NCBI GenBank assembly: GCA_016293975.1
Contig: JAEDCW010000003.1
Coordinates: 1-63,371, forward strand
Reading direction: 5' to 3'
Origin: Clostridia bacterium
GTDB taxonomy: Bacteria > Bacillota > Clostridia > Christensenellales > CAG-138
DNA: 63,371 nt
Each line of letters starts with the position of its first letter. Positions within the stretch are counted from its first letter, which is position 1. Position numbers and translations under genes: made by a program. Of the stretch, positions 18,432 to 27,756 are shown piece by piece. Below the pieces are notes generated by a model, which was not told where the DNA came from, made no database searches, and saw only the letters and a program-made list of their open reading frames with translations.

Positions 18432-18479
18432 GTCGATAATCGTTTGCATTGGGTGGAATACCGTTCCATGTCAATTTGT

Positions 18480-20174
18480 TTACAGCGTTCTCTCTTTAAG
18501 CTCTGAGTGCGCAGCCTCGGCAAGCGCCTCGGCGGCATCCATGGAGTCGCCCCTAACGCCGACATAGAACTTTATCTTCGGCTCTGTTCCTGACGGCCTT
18601 ACGCAGACCCACATGTTTTCCTCACAAATGAGCCTGAGCATATTCATCTTCTCAAACGCTATGTCAAACTCGCCGCAGTCGTTTTTTCCGCGCAGTGTCG
18701 TGTAATCCTCTACGGAAGTGACGCGCCTTTCCGCTATGGAGTGCGGAGGATTCTCGAGAAAGCCCTTCATGATGGACGCTATTTTCTCCATACCCTCCTT
18801 TCCCTCAAACGAGTACGCCACAGTGCGCTCCATATAATAGCCGTATTCTTTATAGATATCCTGCAGATAGTCGTAGAGCGTAATGCCCTTGTCGAGACAG
18901 CATACGCAGACTTCGCATATGAGCAGTGACGCGAGCACGGCATCCTTGTCACGTGCAAAGCCGCCGCTCAGGAAGCCGCAGCTCTCCTCGAAGCCGAAGA
19001 GAAATTCATTGCCGTTTGCCTGTGAACACTGCTCGATTATCTGAGAGATGAATCTGAAGCCAGTGGGCACGCTTACGCACTCGACGCCGTATTTTGCACA
19101 GATGGCGTCTGCGAGCCATGTGCTGACTATGCTCTTTACGACTATTCCGTCGTTTGGCAGTGTGCCCATAGATTCCCTTGTGTTGAGTATGTGCTTAATG
19201 AGTATCGCGCCTATCTGGTTGCCTGTAAGCAGCATGAATTCACCGTCGGGCTTTCTTACTGCTACTCCGAGCCTGTCCGAATCGGGGTCTGTTGCGAGTA
19301 TGCAATCCGAATCGGTCTTTTTTGCAAGCTCGATAGCAAGCCTGTATGCGCCGGGGTCCTCGGGGTTTGGCACCTTAACCGTCGGGAAGTTGCCGTCTGG
19401 AACAATCTGCTCCTTTACGACATGCAGGTTTGTTATGCCTGCCCTGCACAAGAGAGTAGTGACGGGGATGTAGCCTGCGCCATGAAGCGGCGTGTAGACT
19501 ATCGAGAACTCGCTTCCATTGCTTCTTATGAGGTCTTTATATGTAAGCAGACTCGATGTCGCCTCGTAATAGGGCTCGTCGTCCGCCTCTGTGAGCGTAG
19601 TGATAATTTCATTTCGCCGCATGGCACTTTCGCCGAAGTATGGATGCGCCTCTATGCATTTCATTATTCGTGCGGCAAGCTCGGGGCCTATCTGTCCGCC
19701 GTCCTCCCAGTATACCTTGTAGCCGTTATACGCTGCAGGGTTGTGACTTGCGGTTATCATTATTCCGGCGACACAGCCGAGATTTCTCAGCGTAAATGAG
19801 AGCTGCGGAACGCTTCTTAGCGAATTGAATATAAATACCTTTATGCCTCTTGACGAGAGCACATCGGCGGCACATTGCGCGAATTCCGCAGACATATTGC
19901 GCGAGTCGTAGCCGATGCATACGCCCCTTTGCTGAGCATTGTCTTGAATAATGCAGTCGCTTAGTCCCTGTGTAGCGCGCGCAACAACGGGCAGGTTCAT
20001 TCTGTTTGTGCCTGCGCCGAGTATGCCGCGCAGACCCGCCGTGCCGAATTCAAGCTCCCTGTAAAATGCGTCTTCTAGCTCGTTCTCGCTTGCCTTCTCA
20101 AGGAGCGATCTCAGCTCGCCGGCTTGCAGTGAATTTATCCAAATTTCGTATTCTCTTTTTGCAAACGGAGTCAT
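18480..20174 (-). CDS. pgcA: phosphoglucomutase (alpha-D-phosphohexomutase family)
   Basis: Active-site loop ..ITASHNPAAYNGYKVY.. and metal loop ..ATDPDSDRLG.. are present. Start at the ATG after GGGAGA; the ORF track begins 5 codons earlier at a TTG. Confidence 0.9.
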   Translation of the reverse strand: MTPFAKREYEIWINSLQAGELRSLLEKASENELEDAFYRELEFGTAGLRGILGAGTNRMNLPVVARATQGLSDCIIQDNAQQRGVCIGYDSRNMSAEFAQCAADVLSSRGIKVFIFNSLRSVPQLSFTLRNLGCVAGIMITASHNPAAYNGYKVYWEDGGQIGPELAARIMKCIEAHPYFGESAMRRNEIITTLTEADDEPYYEATSSLLTYKDLIRSNGSEFSIVYTPLHGAGYIPVTTLLCRAGITNLHVVKEQIVPDGNFPTVKVPNPEDPGAYRLAIELAKKTDSDCILATDPDSDRLGVAVRKPDGEFMLLTGNQIGAILIKHILNTRESMGTLPNDGIVVKSIVSTWLADAICAKYGVECVSVPTGFRFISQIIEQCSQANGNEFLFGFEESCGFLSGGFARDKDAVLASLLICEVCVCCLDKGITLYDYLQDIYKEYGYYMERTVAYSFEGKEGMEKIASIMKGFLENPPHSIAERRVTSVEDYTTLRGKNDCGEFDIAFEKMNMLRLICEENMWVCVRPSGTEPKIKFYVGVRGDSMDAAEALAEAAHSELKERTL

Positions 20175-20225
20175 ATTAAAATCTCCCAAATCCTGAACTT
20201 TTTACGAATACGATTATAGCATAAA

Positions 20226-20262
20226 TAAAAAGACTCCACAACGCTTACGGCGTTGCGGAGTC
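20226..20262 (-). terminator. intrinsic terminator after the thiT-like gene
   Basis: GACTCCGCAACGC / GCGTTGTGGAGTC 13-bp stem followed by T5 on the minus strand. Confidence 0.8.
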
Positions 20263-20332
20263 TGTGTGTTTTCCGCTTATTATCGCGCATTTTGAACTAT
20301 CGCCGATAAACTGATAATCAGACTGTCGGGGG

Positions 20333-21031
20333 TTACTTTACGAGCTGTTCGCGCAGTCTCTTTGTGAAGGGCAATGCGGCTGCAATGACGCACAGTACGC
20401 CCTCTATGCCTATCGTGGTGGCGTTGTAGCAGAAAGAGTATGCCCATGCGTTGGAGAAGCCGTAATCAGCGGCATATTCGCCGAAGAATACCGCACCTGA
20501 TATTGTCGACACCAGCATTCTCGCAAAGCAGGCGATGGCTACGCCGAGTGCGACCTTCTTGGGGAAGAACGACGCGACGCCGAGCACTGTGAATGCCAGC
20601 AGATAGTCGAGCACAAACTGCACGGGATGCACAATCCAAACGCCCTGTATCATCTGGAGCAGACTGTAGGCAAACGCGGCGATGAAACCGTATGCGGGAC
20701 CGTACCATGCCGCAAAGAGCGTTATCGGCAGCATCGAGAGTATCGTGACAGAGCCGCCGAAGGGCATTGAAAATACCTTAAAATAGCTGAGCACGAATGC
20801 AATCGACACGAACATTGCCGCTGTGACGAGATTGCGGGTCTTATTTTGGGGACGGCCCGAAAGTTCGGACTTATTCGCACTGTTTTTTACATACACTGCG
20901 ACGGCGACAATCAGCACGATTGCCAACACAGCGGCGATTATGAGCGATATGAGCTCAATACCGTCGAGCTCTGCGAGCTCACTGAGCAATGAGAAGCTTA
21001 TGCCCTCGGAGCAAATAACAGGAAAAAACAT
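20333..21031 (-). CDS. thiT: ECF-type thiamine transporter S component (ThiT family) with an N-terminal extension
   Basis: ..FGGSVTILSMLPITLFAAWYGP..LLQMIQG..IVHPVQFVLDYLLAFTVLG.. resembles ThiT/YuaJ. A TPP riboswitch lies directly upstream. Confidence 0.8.
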   Translation of the reverse strand: MFFPVICSEGISFSLLSELAELDGIELISLIIAAVLAIVLIVAVAVYVKNSANKSELSGRPQNKTRNLVTAAMFVSIAFVLSYFKVFSMPFGGSVTILSMLPITLFAAWYGPAYGFIAAFAYSLLQMIQGVWIVHPVQFVLDYLLAFTVLGVASFFPKKVALGVAIACFARMLVSTISGAVFFGEYAADYGFSNAWAYSFCYNATTIGIEGVLCVIAAALPFTKRLREQLVK

Positions 21032-21049
21032 AAATTGCCTCCTTTAAGA

Positions 21050-21192
21050 AGAAAATCAGCCCCCTGTCCGCAGTGGACGAGAGGCTTCATGTTTCCTTCT
21101 CATCCGCATTTCCTACGCAGGTCTTAACCTTCAGGTTCTAAGGGATTGCACTCTAAACTCGTGCATCTCAGCGTTTCCACGCACCCCCAGCG
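21050..21192 (-). promoter_or_regulatory. TPP (THI-box) riboswitch with terminator-type expression platform
   Basis: The minus strand reads CTGGGGGTGCgtggaaacgCTGAGAtgcac...ATCCCTTaGAACCTGAaggtTAAgACCTGCGTAGGAAA. It is followed by a GC hairpin and a U-tract (about 21058-21085). Confidence 0.9.
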
Positions 21193-21213
21193 GTATATGA
21201 GGCTTACGGACGT

Positions 21214-21242
21214 ATACTAACACACAGCGGTGGCCTTGGCAA
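21214..21242 (-). promoter_or_regulatory. candidate promoter for the TPP riboswitch-thiT transcript
   Basis: Minus strand TTGCCA, 17-nt spacer, TAGTAT, about 20 nt upstream of the aptamer. Confidence 0.5.
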
Positions 21243-21392
21243 TAGTCAGTTTGATATCGATGTGCGCACGATTGTCGGTACAACATAGCCTGATATGGAG
21301 TCGGACATCTCTCACCGCGCGCACAATTGCGCCCACCTTTTCATTTTGTGTACTTTGTGATATACTCTAAGAAAAATTCGCGGAGGTGCGTG

Positions 21393-21974
21393 GTGCCCCA
21401 ACAAAAGAAATCGGGCCTGTTTAGGCGGGATAAATACACCGTAGCAAAACGCTCTGTGTGGTATGTGCTCCGCACCGCGTTTTTGGTGACGCTTATCGGC
21501 TCGCTCATAGTGGGCGTGACGCTCGCAAGCGCTCATATAGGCAGTATTTATATAATTGCGAACGAGGGCATGACGCTCAGGGCAAAGTGCATAATAAACA
21601 ACGAGCCCACAGACGATCTTGAGGAGTATTTCACGCTCGACTGTCTCAACAATGACGGACTCTTAAACGCACGCCCATATAAGAACCACACGGTAACCTA
21701 TTTTGACTACAGGCTCAGCGTCGAGGGCATATTCGTGCTACCTTGGTCGAATACCGCGACTATCGATATGCTCGAGCGAGTACCCGTATTGAACGGCACG
21801 GCGGAGGGTACGACTGTCACGGCAGAACTTCCCGATTGGACGGACGAGCTTTACAGACTGCATATGAAAAAGGATAGCGGACGCTGGTACATTGCGTATA
21901 TAGAAGTATTGGAAGAGAATCCCCCCGAGACGCCGTACGCAACGCCCGATATGAGTTTACTTCCGGATGAATAA
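21393..21974 (+). CDS. membrane-anchored hypothetical protein
   Basis: Probable GTG start 5 nt after GGAGG; the ORF track begins at 21327. One N-terminal TM helix (..LVTLIGSLIVGVTLA..). Overlaps the dusB start by 8 nt. Confidence 0.55.
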   Translation: MPQQKKSGLFRRDKYTVAKRSVWYVLRTAFLVTLIGSLIVGVTLASAHIGSIYIIANEGMTLRAKCIINNEPTDDLEEYFTLDCLNNDGLLNARPYKNHTVTYFDYRLSVEGIFVLPWSNTATIDMLERVPVLNGTAEGTTVTAELPDWTDELYRLHMKKDSGRWYIAYIEVLEENPPETPYATPDMSLLPDE

Positions 21975-22929
21975 ACCTACAAAAACTATATTCGGCTCCG
22001 GTTTTCCGATACTCTTAGCACCCATGGCGGGTATTACCGATATGCCGTTTAGGGAGCTGTGCAGGGACTTCGGAGCGCACATGACGTATACCGAGATGAT
22101 AAGCGCAAAGGGGCTGAGCTACAACAGCAAGAACTCTTTTGCGCTTTTAGAGCTGTCCCCTAAGGAGATTCCTTGCGGCGTACAGCTGTTTGGCTCCGAG
22201 CCTTCGATAATGGCGGACATGACGAGACGGCTTTGCGATGAGCTTTGCGGGCGCATCCGGCTGATTGACATAAACATGGGTTGCCCTGCGCCGAAAATCA
22301 CGGGCAACGGAGAGGGCAGCGCGCTCATGCTCAACATACCGCTTGCACAAAGGATAGTGAGTGCTGTGAAGAATGCGTCGACAGTACCTGTTACCGTCAA
22401 GCACAGGCTGGGCTTTGACGACGCACACAGAAACGCCGTTGAGTTTGCCGTCGCTATGGAGAGTGCGGGCGCAGATGCGCTTACCGTGCACGGCAGGACG
22501 AGGGCGCAAATGTATTCGGGAAAGGCCGATTACGATGCTATAGCAGAGGTAGTGAACGCCGTCGATATTCCGGTTATAGGCAACGGAGACGTATTCTGCG
22601 GCGAGGATGCGTTAAGGCTAAAAGCGGCGACGGGCTGTGACGGGATTATGGTCGCACGAGGCGCACAGGGGAATCCTCTTATATTTAAGGAGATTAATTG
22701 CGCTTTGAGAGGCGAGCCCTATACGGTACCCGATTGGGAGCAGAGGAGGGCGGTCGCAATACGTCACGCAAAGAGGCACATAGAGGTCAAGGGCGAGAGG
22801 GGCTTTATTGAGCTTCGCAAGCACATGGCGTGGTATACAAAGGGTATTGTCGGAAGTGCTCAGGTGCGGGTCGCCATCAATACCGCGCCCACTGCGGAGG
22901 CCTTGCTGGATATACTTGAGAAAATATAG
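21967..22929 (+). CDS. dusB: tRNA-dihydrouridine synthase
   Basis: 320 aa. ..LAPMAGITD.PFR.., ..DINMGCPA.KI.. and ..VTVKHRLG.. are Dus TIM-barrel motifs. Confidence 0.9.
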   Translation: MNKPTKTIFGSGFPILLAPMAGITDMPFRELCRDFGAHMTYTEMISAKGLSYNSKNSFALLELSPKEIPCGVQLFGSEPSIMADMTRRLCDELCGRIRLIDINMGCPAPKITGNGEGSALMLNIPLAQRIVSAVKNASTVPVTVKHRLGFDDAHRNAVEFAVAMESAGADALTVHGRTRAQMYSGKADYDAIAEVVNAVDIPVIGNGDVFCGEDALRLKAATGCDGIMVARGAQGNPLIFKEINCALRGEPYTVPDWEQRRAVAIRHAKRHIEVKGERGFIELRKHMAWYTKGIVGSAQVRVAINTAPTAEALLDILEKI

Positions 22930-22971
22930 AAAAACACTCATTAATCTCGCTAAAACAGCTTATAATTGATG

Positions 22972-23000
22972 TTGACAAAAGCCTGTGCCTGCATTAAAAT
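22972..23000 (+). promoter_or_regulatory. promoter for tRNA-Gly (and possibly tuf)
   Basis: TTGACA, 17-nt spacer, TAAAAT. Confidence 0.65.
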
Positions 23001-23043
23001 GGATAAGCCGTAATTTGGGTGCATGTGGTGAAAACCGCCCCGT

Positions 23044-23122
<79 letters not shown>

Positions 23123-23184
23123 GAAGACCCGGTCATGCGGGCTAACGGTATAATTACAATATCATCAAAAGGAGACAACCAAGA

Positions 23185-24396
23185 ATGGCAAAACAGACAT
23201 TCGTAAGAACCAAGCCGCATGTAAACATCGGCACAATTGGCCACGTTGACCATGGTAAGACAACATTAACAGCAGCTATCACAATGGCTCTGTCACAGAG
23301 CGGTCAGGCTGCAGCAATGCGCTATGACGAAATCGACAAGGCACCCGAAGAGAAGGCTCGTGGTATAACCATCAACACCGCTCACGTTGAGTACGAGACA
23401 GCAACACGCCACTATGCACACGTTGACTGCCCCGGCCACGCCGACTATGTTAAGAACATGATCACAGGTGCTGCTCAGATGGACGGTGCTATCCTCGTAG
23501 TATCAGCCGCTGACGGTCCCATGCCCCAGACACGTGAGCACATCCTGCTTGCTCGTCAGGTTGGCGTTCCCTACATCGTAGTATTCATGAACAAGGCTGA
23601 CCAGGTTGACGATCCCGAACTCCTCGAGCTCGTTGAGATGGAAGTTCGTGAGTTGCTCTCAAGCTACGATTTCCCGGGTGACGACATCCCGATCGTAAAG
23701 GGTTCAGCACTCAGAGCTCTCGAAGCACTCCAGAGCGGCGCAGTCGCAAAGGACAGCCCCGAGTGCCAGTGCCTGTTCGAGCTGATGGACGCTGTAGACT
23801 CCTACATCCCCACACCCGAGCGTGCTTCCGATAAGCCCTTCCTTATGCCTGTTGAGGACGTATTCTCCATCACAGGTCGTGGTACCGTTGCTACAGGTCG
23901 TGTAGAGCGCGGTGCTGTTAAGGTCCAGGATTCAGTAGAAATCGTTGGTCTGACCGACGAGACACGTACAGTCGTAGTTACCGGCGTTGAGATGTTCCGT
24001 AAGCTGCTCGAACAGGCTATCGCAGGCGATAACGTAGGTCTGCTCCTCCGCGGCGTACAGCGTAACGAGATCGAGCGCGGCCAGGTTCTCGCAAAGCCCG
24101 GCACGATTCATCCTCATACACACTTCAAGAGCCAGGTTTACGTACTGAAGAAGGAAGAAGGCGGCCGTCATACTCCGTTCTTCCCCGGCTATCGTCCTCA
24201 GTTCTACTTCAGAACAACAGACGTTACCGGCGTCATCACACTGCCTGAAGGCGTTGAGATGGTTATGCCCGGCGATAACATCGACATGGAAATCAAGCTG
24301 ATCACCCCCATCGCTATCGAAGAGGGACTCCGTTTCGCTATCCGTGAAGGTGGACGTACCGTTGGTGCAGGCGTTGTTGCAAGCATCATCGAGTAA
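23185..24396 (+). CDS. tuf: elongation factor Tu
   Basis: 403 aa. ..[10 protein letters not shown].., ..DCPGHADY.. and ..NKAD.. are G-domain motifs. Confidence 0.98.
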   Translation: MAKQTFVRTKPHVNIGTIGHVDHGKTTLTAAITMALSQSGQAAAMRYDEIDKAPEEKARGITINTAHVEYETATRHYAHVDCPGHADYVKNMITGAAQMDGAILVVSAADGPMPQTREHILLARQVGVPYIVVFMNKADQVDDPELLELVEMEVRELLSSYDFPGDDIPIVKGSALRALEALQSGAVAKDSPECQCLFELMDAVDSYIPTPERASDKPFLMPVEDVFSITGRGTVATGRVERGAVKVQDSVEIVGLTDETRTVVVTGVEMFRKLLEQAIAGDNVGLLLRGVQRNEIERGQVLAKPGTIHPHTHFKSQVYVLKKEEGGRHTPFFPGYRPQFYFRTTDVTGVITLPEGVEMVMPGDNIDMEIKLITPIAIEEGLRFAIREGGRTVGAGVVASIIE

Positions 24397-24410
24397 TTGA
24401 GTCAATAGAC

Positions 24411-24435
24411 AACCTCGCTTCGGCGAGGTTTTTTG
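24411..24435 (+). terminator. intrinsic terminator after tuf
   Basis: AACCTCGC-TTCG-GCGAGGTT followed by T6. Confidence 0.85.
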
Positions 24436-24536
24436 TTATCCGTGAAATGATATCGCCTGTGTTGGGTCCTGTTGTCAAATCGGTATACACTGCGATGGGT
24501 TTGTGGTATATTTATCTGGTGATACATGGAGGTAAT

Positions 24537-25196
24537 ATGGTAACTTTTGAGCAACTGAAGCAAAACGATGCAATAAGAACATACATAACAAAGGCGGACG
24601 AATCGCTCATAGCGCTCGGGTATACGGAGCATAGCTTCGCACATGTCACGAGGGTAGCGGAGATAGGGGGCTATATACTCGAAACGCTCGGCTATAGCAA
24701 GCATGACGTGGAGCTTGTGAAGATTGCAGGCTACTTGCACGATATAGGCAATCTCGTAAACAGGATCGATCATTCGCAAAGCGGAGCGGTAATGGCGTTT
24801 AGAATACTTACCGAGCTTGGTATGCCGCCCGAGGACGTCGCGACGGTGGTAACGGCGATAGGCAATCACGATGAGGGTACAGGTGTACCCGTGAATCCCG
24901 TGGCGGCGGCACTCATAATCGCTGACAAGACGGACGTGCGAAGGTCGAGAGTGAGAAATCGCGACATAGCATCGTTTGACATTCACGACAGGGTAAATTA
25001 TTCCGTGGAGAAGTCGCTCGTCAGGATAAATCAGGAGCATACGCTCCTAAAGCTCAAGCTCTCGGTCGATACGCATTACGGCTCTGTCATGGACTATTTC
25101 GAGATATTTATGAACCGTATGCTTATGTGTAGAAGGGCCACTGAAAAGCTTGGCATGGAGTTTAAGCTCATAATCAACGAACAGCAATTGATCTGA
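24537..25196 (+). CDS. HD-domain phosphohydrolase
   Basis: Start at the ATG after GGAGG. ..HSFAHVTRVAE...GYLHDIGN.. forms the H..HD motif. Confidence 0.75.
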   Translation: MVTFEQLKQNDAIRTYITKADESLIALGYTEHSFAHVTRVAEIGGYILETLGYSKHDVELVKIAGYLHDIGNLVNRIDHSQSGAVMAFRILTELGMPPEDVATVVTAIGNHDEGTGVPVNPVAAALIIADKTDVRRSRVRNRDIASFDIHDRVNYSVEKSLVRINQEHTLLKLKLSVDTHYGSVMDYFEIFMNRMLMCRRATEKLGMEFKLIINEQQLI

Positions 25197-25218
25197 ATCT
25201 ACTCTTAGGGGGATTATT

Positions 25219-25992
25219 ATGAAAAATAATAAAACGCGCAATATCTTTATCGCCTGCGTTATAGGCGCAATAGTCATAGCCGCCGTGTGCGTTATTTGCT
25301 TTATACCGGGCGGACCTGTGCAGCTTTCTTCGGCTGAGAAGGCTATACTGGGTTATGCCGATGACCACTTCGCATCGCAGGGATTTGAGTATTCCAATGC
25401 GACGTATGAGCCAAAGACGGATACATACACCGTCCGTGCAAGCTCCAAAACGAGCGCGGACACCTACTTTGACATATTCCGCAGAGGGTCTGACGGAGTT
25501 ATAGGAGACGATTACGAAATCTCTGTGAACCAAAGGGCGAATACGATTTCGAGGCTTCAGCTGGAGATAGAGAAAAATGTCGGTGAATTGCTGAAAGACT
25601 TTATTATGGAGCAGGTCTGCGTATTTGCGGCGCTCGAAACAGATGAATCGACCGTTGCGGACGTGTTGCCCATGGATATGAAGCTCGACATGTCATCCAT
25701 TCCCGTACCGCTGACGCTTACGGTGTGGTTTGATTCGCCCGGCACGGATGTTTCCACGCTTGCAAAGGCACTCATAGAGCTAAAGGCGCTCATGGAGGAT
25801 AATGACGTTGATGTCGATAGCTACTCGGTGTCGCTGCTCATGTATTCAGATAAGACATTGGATGATACGCGTAAACTTTCAAGTAAACTTGAGGTCACAG
25901 ATGTAGCATCGCAGAAAATATTGGACAATTCGGAGTTTATTACTTATCTCGAGGAGTATATTAATGAGTTAAAACTAGAAACATATAAATAA
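25219..25992 (+). CDS. membrane-anchored hypothetical protein
   Basis: 257 aa, one N-terminal TM helix and an acidic extracytoplasmic domain. Tightly packed between the HD gene and malQ. Confidence 0.55.
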   Translation: MKNNKTRNIFIACVIGAIVIAAVCVICFIPGGPVQLSSAEKAILGYADDHFASQGFEYSNATYEPKTDTYTVRASSKTSADTYFDIFRRGSDGVIGDDYEISVNQRANTISRLQLEIEKNVGELLKDFIMEQVCVFAALETDESTVADVLPMDMKLDMSSIPVPLTLTVWFDSPGTDVSTLAKALIELKALMEDNDVDVDSYSVSLLMYSDKTLDDTRKLSSKLEVTDVASQKILDNSEFITYLEEYINELKLETYK

Positions 25993-26005
25993 AACGAGGT
26001 AAGCG

Positions 26006-27478
26006 ATGCGAAGAAGCGGAATATTGCTGCCTGTTTCATCACTGCCGTCGCGGTGGGGAATAGGTGCTTTTGACAAAAGTGCGTACGAGTTCATAGACAG
26101 ACTGGCGAGAGCAAACCAGAGCGTGTGGCAGATACTGCCATTGGGACAGACGGGTTACGGAGACTCGCCTTACCAGTCGTTTTCAGCGTATGCGGGTAAT
26201 CCGTATTTTGTGTCGCTCGATGCGCTCATCGATGAGGGACTGCTTTGTGAGGATGAGCTTCAGGAGTTCGACTGGGGAAGCGATCCGGAGCGCGTGGATT
26301 ATGGCCTCTTGTATCACAACAGATATATCGTGTTAAGGCGCGCGTTTGAAAGGGCGTCGCAGGAACTTTTGAGTGCAACAAGCAAATTTGCGCTCAAGCA
26401 CGCGGATTGGTTACCCGACTATGCGCTGTACATGGCGCTTAAAAGTAACTTCGGACTTCGCTCGTGGAACGAATGGCCCGACGAGGGCATAAAGCTAAGA
26501 AAACCCGATTCCGTTCGGCACTACAGAGCCGAACTCGAACAGGAAATCCACTTCAACTACTTTATTCAGTATTTGTTCTTTACGCAGTGGAGCGAGTTGA
26601 AAAGTTATGCCAATTCAAAGGGCATAAGAATATTCGGGGACATTCCTATTTATGTCTCGCTCGATTCCGCCGATGTGTGGGCGCATAGAGAGCTGTTTTT
26701 GCTTGACGAGGACGGAATTCCCACATGCGTTGCGGGCGTACCGCCGGACGCATTTACACAGGACGGACAGCTTTGGGGCAACCCCATATACGACTACGAC
26801 AGGATGGAGCGCGACGGCTTCTCTTGGTGGATAAGCAGATTGCGCGCCGCAAAGGGTCTTTACGATATTGCGCGCATAGACCATTTCAGAGGTCTTGATT
26901 CGTACTGGTCAGTGCCCTACGGAGAGACGACCGCTCAAAACGGGAGTTGGGCCATAGGTCCGGGGAAACGATTCGTAGCCGCTATAAAAGTTGCCGTTCC
27001 GGACATGGACATAGTTGCAGAGGATCTCGGTTATCTCACAGACTCCGTGCGCGAGCTTTTGCGCTTCTCGGAATACCCCGGCATGAAGATATTGCAGTTT
27101 GCATTCGGTCCCGAGGGTGACAGTGAGTATCTGCCGCATTGTTATACGCAGAACTGTGTGTGCTATACGGGTACGCACGACAACGAACCCGTTGCGGCAT
27201 GGCTTGAGCTTGCAAACGACGCAACCGTGAGTTTTGCTATGCGCTATCTCGATTGCTCGAAAGAGGAGATACCTCACAGGATGCTGCGCGCGGGCATGGC
27301 GTCGGTGGCGGACTTGTTCGTGGCGCAGATGCAGGATTATCTCGACTTGGGCGCTGAGGCGCGAACGAACACGCCCTCTACGTCAGAGGGAAACTGGGCG
27401 TGGCGAATGAAAGTGGATGCCTTCAGCGACGAGCTGATCTGTCATATCGCAGAGCTTACGAGAACATACGGGAGATGA
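26006..27478 (+). CDS. malQ: 4-alpha-glucanotransferase (amylomaltase, GH77)
   Basis: 490 aa. MRRSGILLPVSSLPS.WGIG.. N-terminus, plus ..IDHFRG.. and ..GTHDN.. motifs. Confidence 0.93.
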   Translation: MRRSGILLPVSSLPSRWGIGAFDKSAYEFIDRLARANQSVWQILPLGQTGYGDSPYQSFSAYAGNPYFVSLDALIDEGLLCEDELQEFDWGSDPERVDYGLLYHNRYIVLRRAFERASQELLSATSKFALKHADWLPDYALYMALKSNFGLRSWNEWPDEGIKLRKPDSVRHYRAELEQEIHFNYFIQYLFFTQWSELKSYANSKGIRIFGDIPIYVSLDSADVWAHRELFLLDEDGIPTCVAGVPPDAFTQDGQLWGNPIYDYDRMERDGFSWWISRLRAAKGLYDIARIDHFRGLDSYWSVPYGETTAQNGSWAIGPGKRFVAAIKVAVPDMDIVAEDLGYLTDSVRELLRFSEYPGMKILQFAFGPEGDSEYLPHCYTQNCVCYTGTHDNEPVAAWLELANDATVSFAMRYLDCSKEEIPHRMLRAGMASVADLFVAQMQDYLDLGAEARTNTPSTSEGNWAWRMKVDAFSDELICHIAELTRTYGR

Positions 27479-27514
27479 CGGCGCAGTTTCAATAATAACT
27501 TGGTTTTCGGTTAT

Positions 27515-27539
27515 AGCGGCAGGAAACGCCGCTTTTTTT
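27515..27539 (+). terminator. intrinsic terminator after malQ
   Basis: AGCGGC-AGGAAAC-GCCGCT followed by T7. Confidence 0.8.
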
Positions 27540-27756
27540 ACGGACTATTATAAACACTCCTATGGCACTTCAACCGTCATTCAACAAAACCTACACGTAT
27601 TTATTATTCGTATTAAGCATATGGAGAAAGCGGAGATAAAAGCATCCTATATAAGAATTGACCAAAAAACCAAAACTCAATATCAAACTGCTGTGACTTC
27701 GGTTGAAAGATACATGGCTTTGTGATAAGGTGTATACATAGGAGAACCGCACAATT

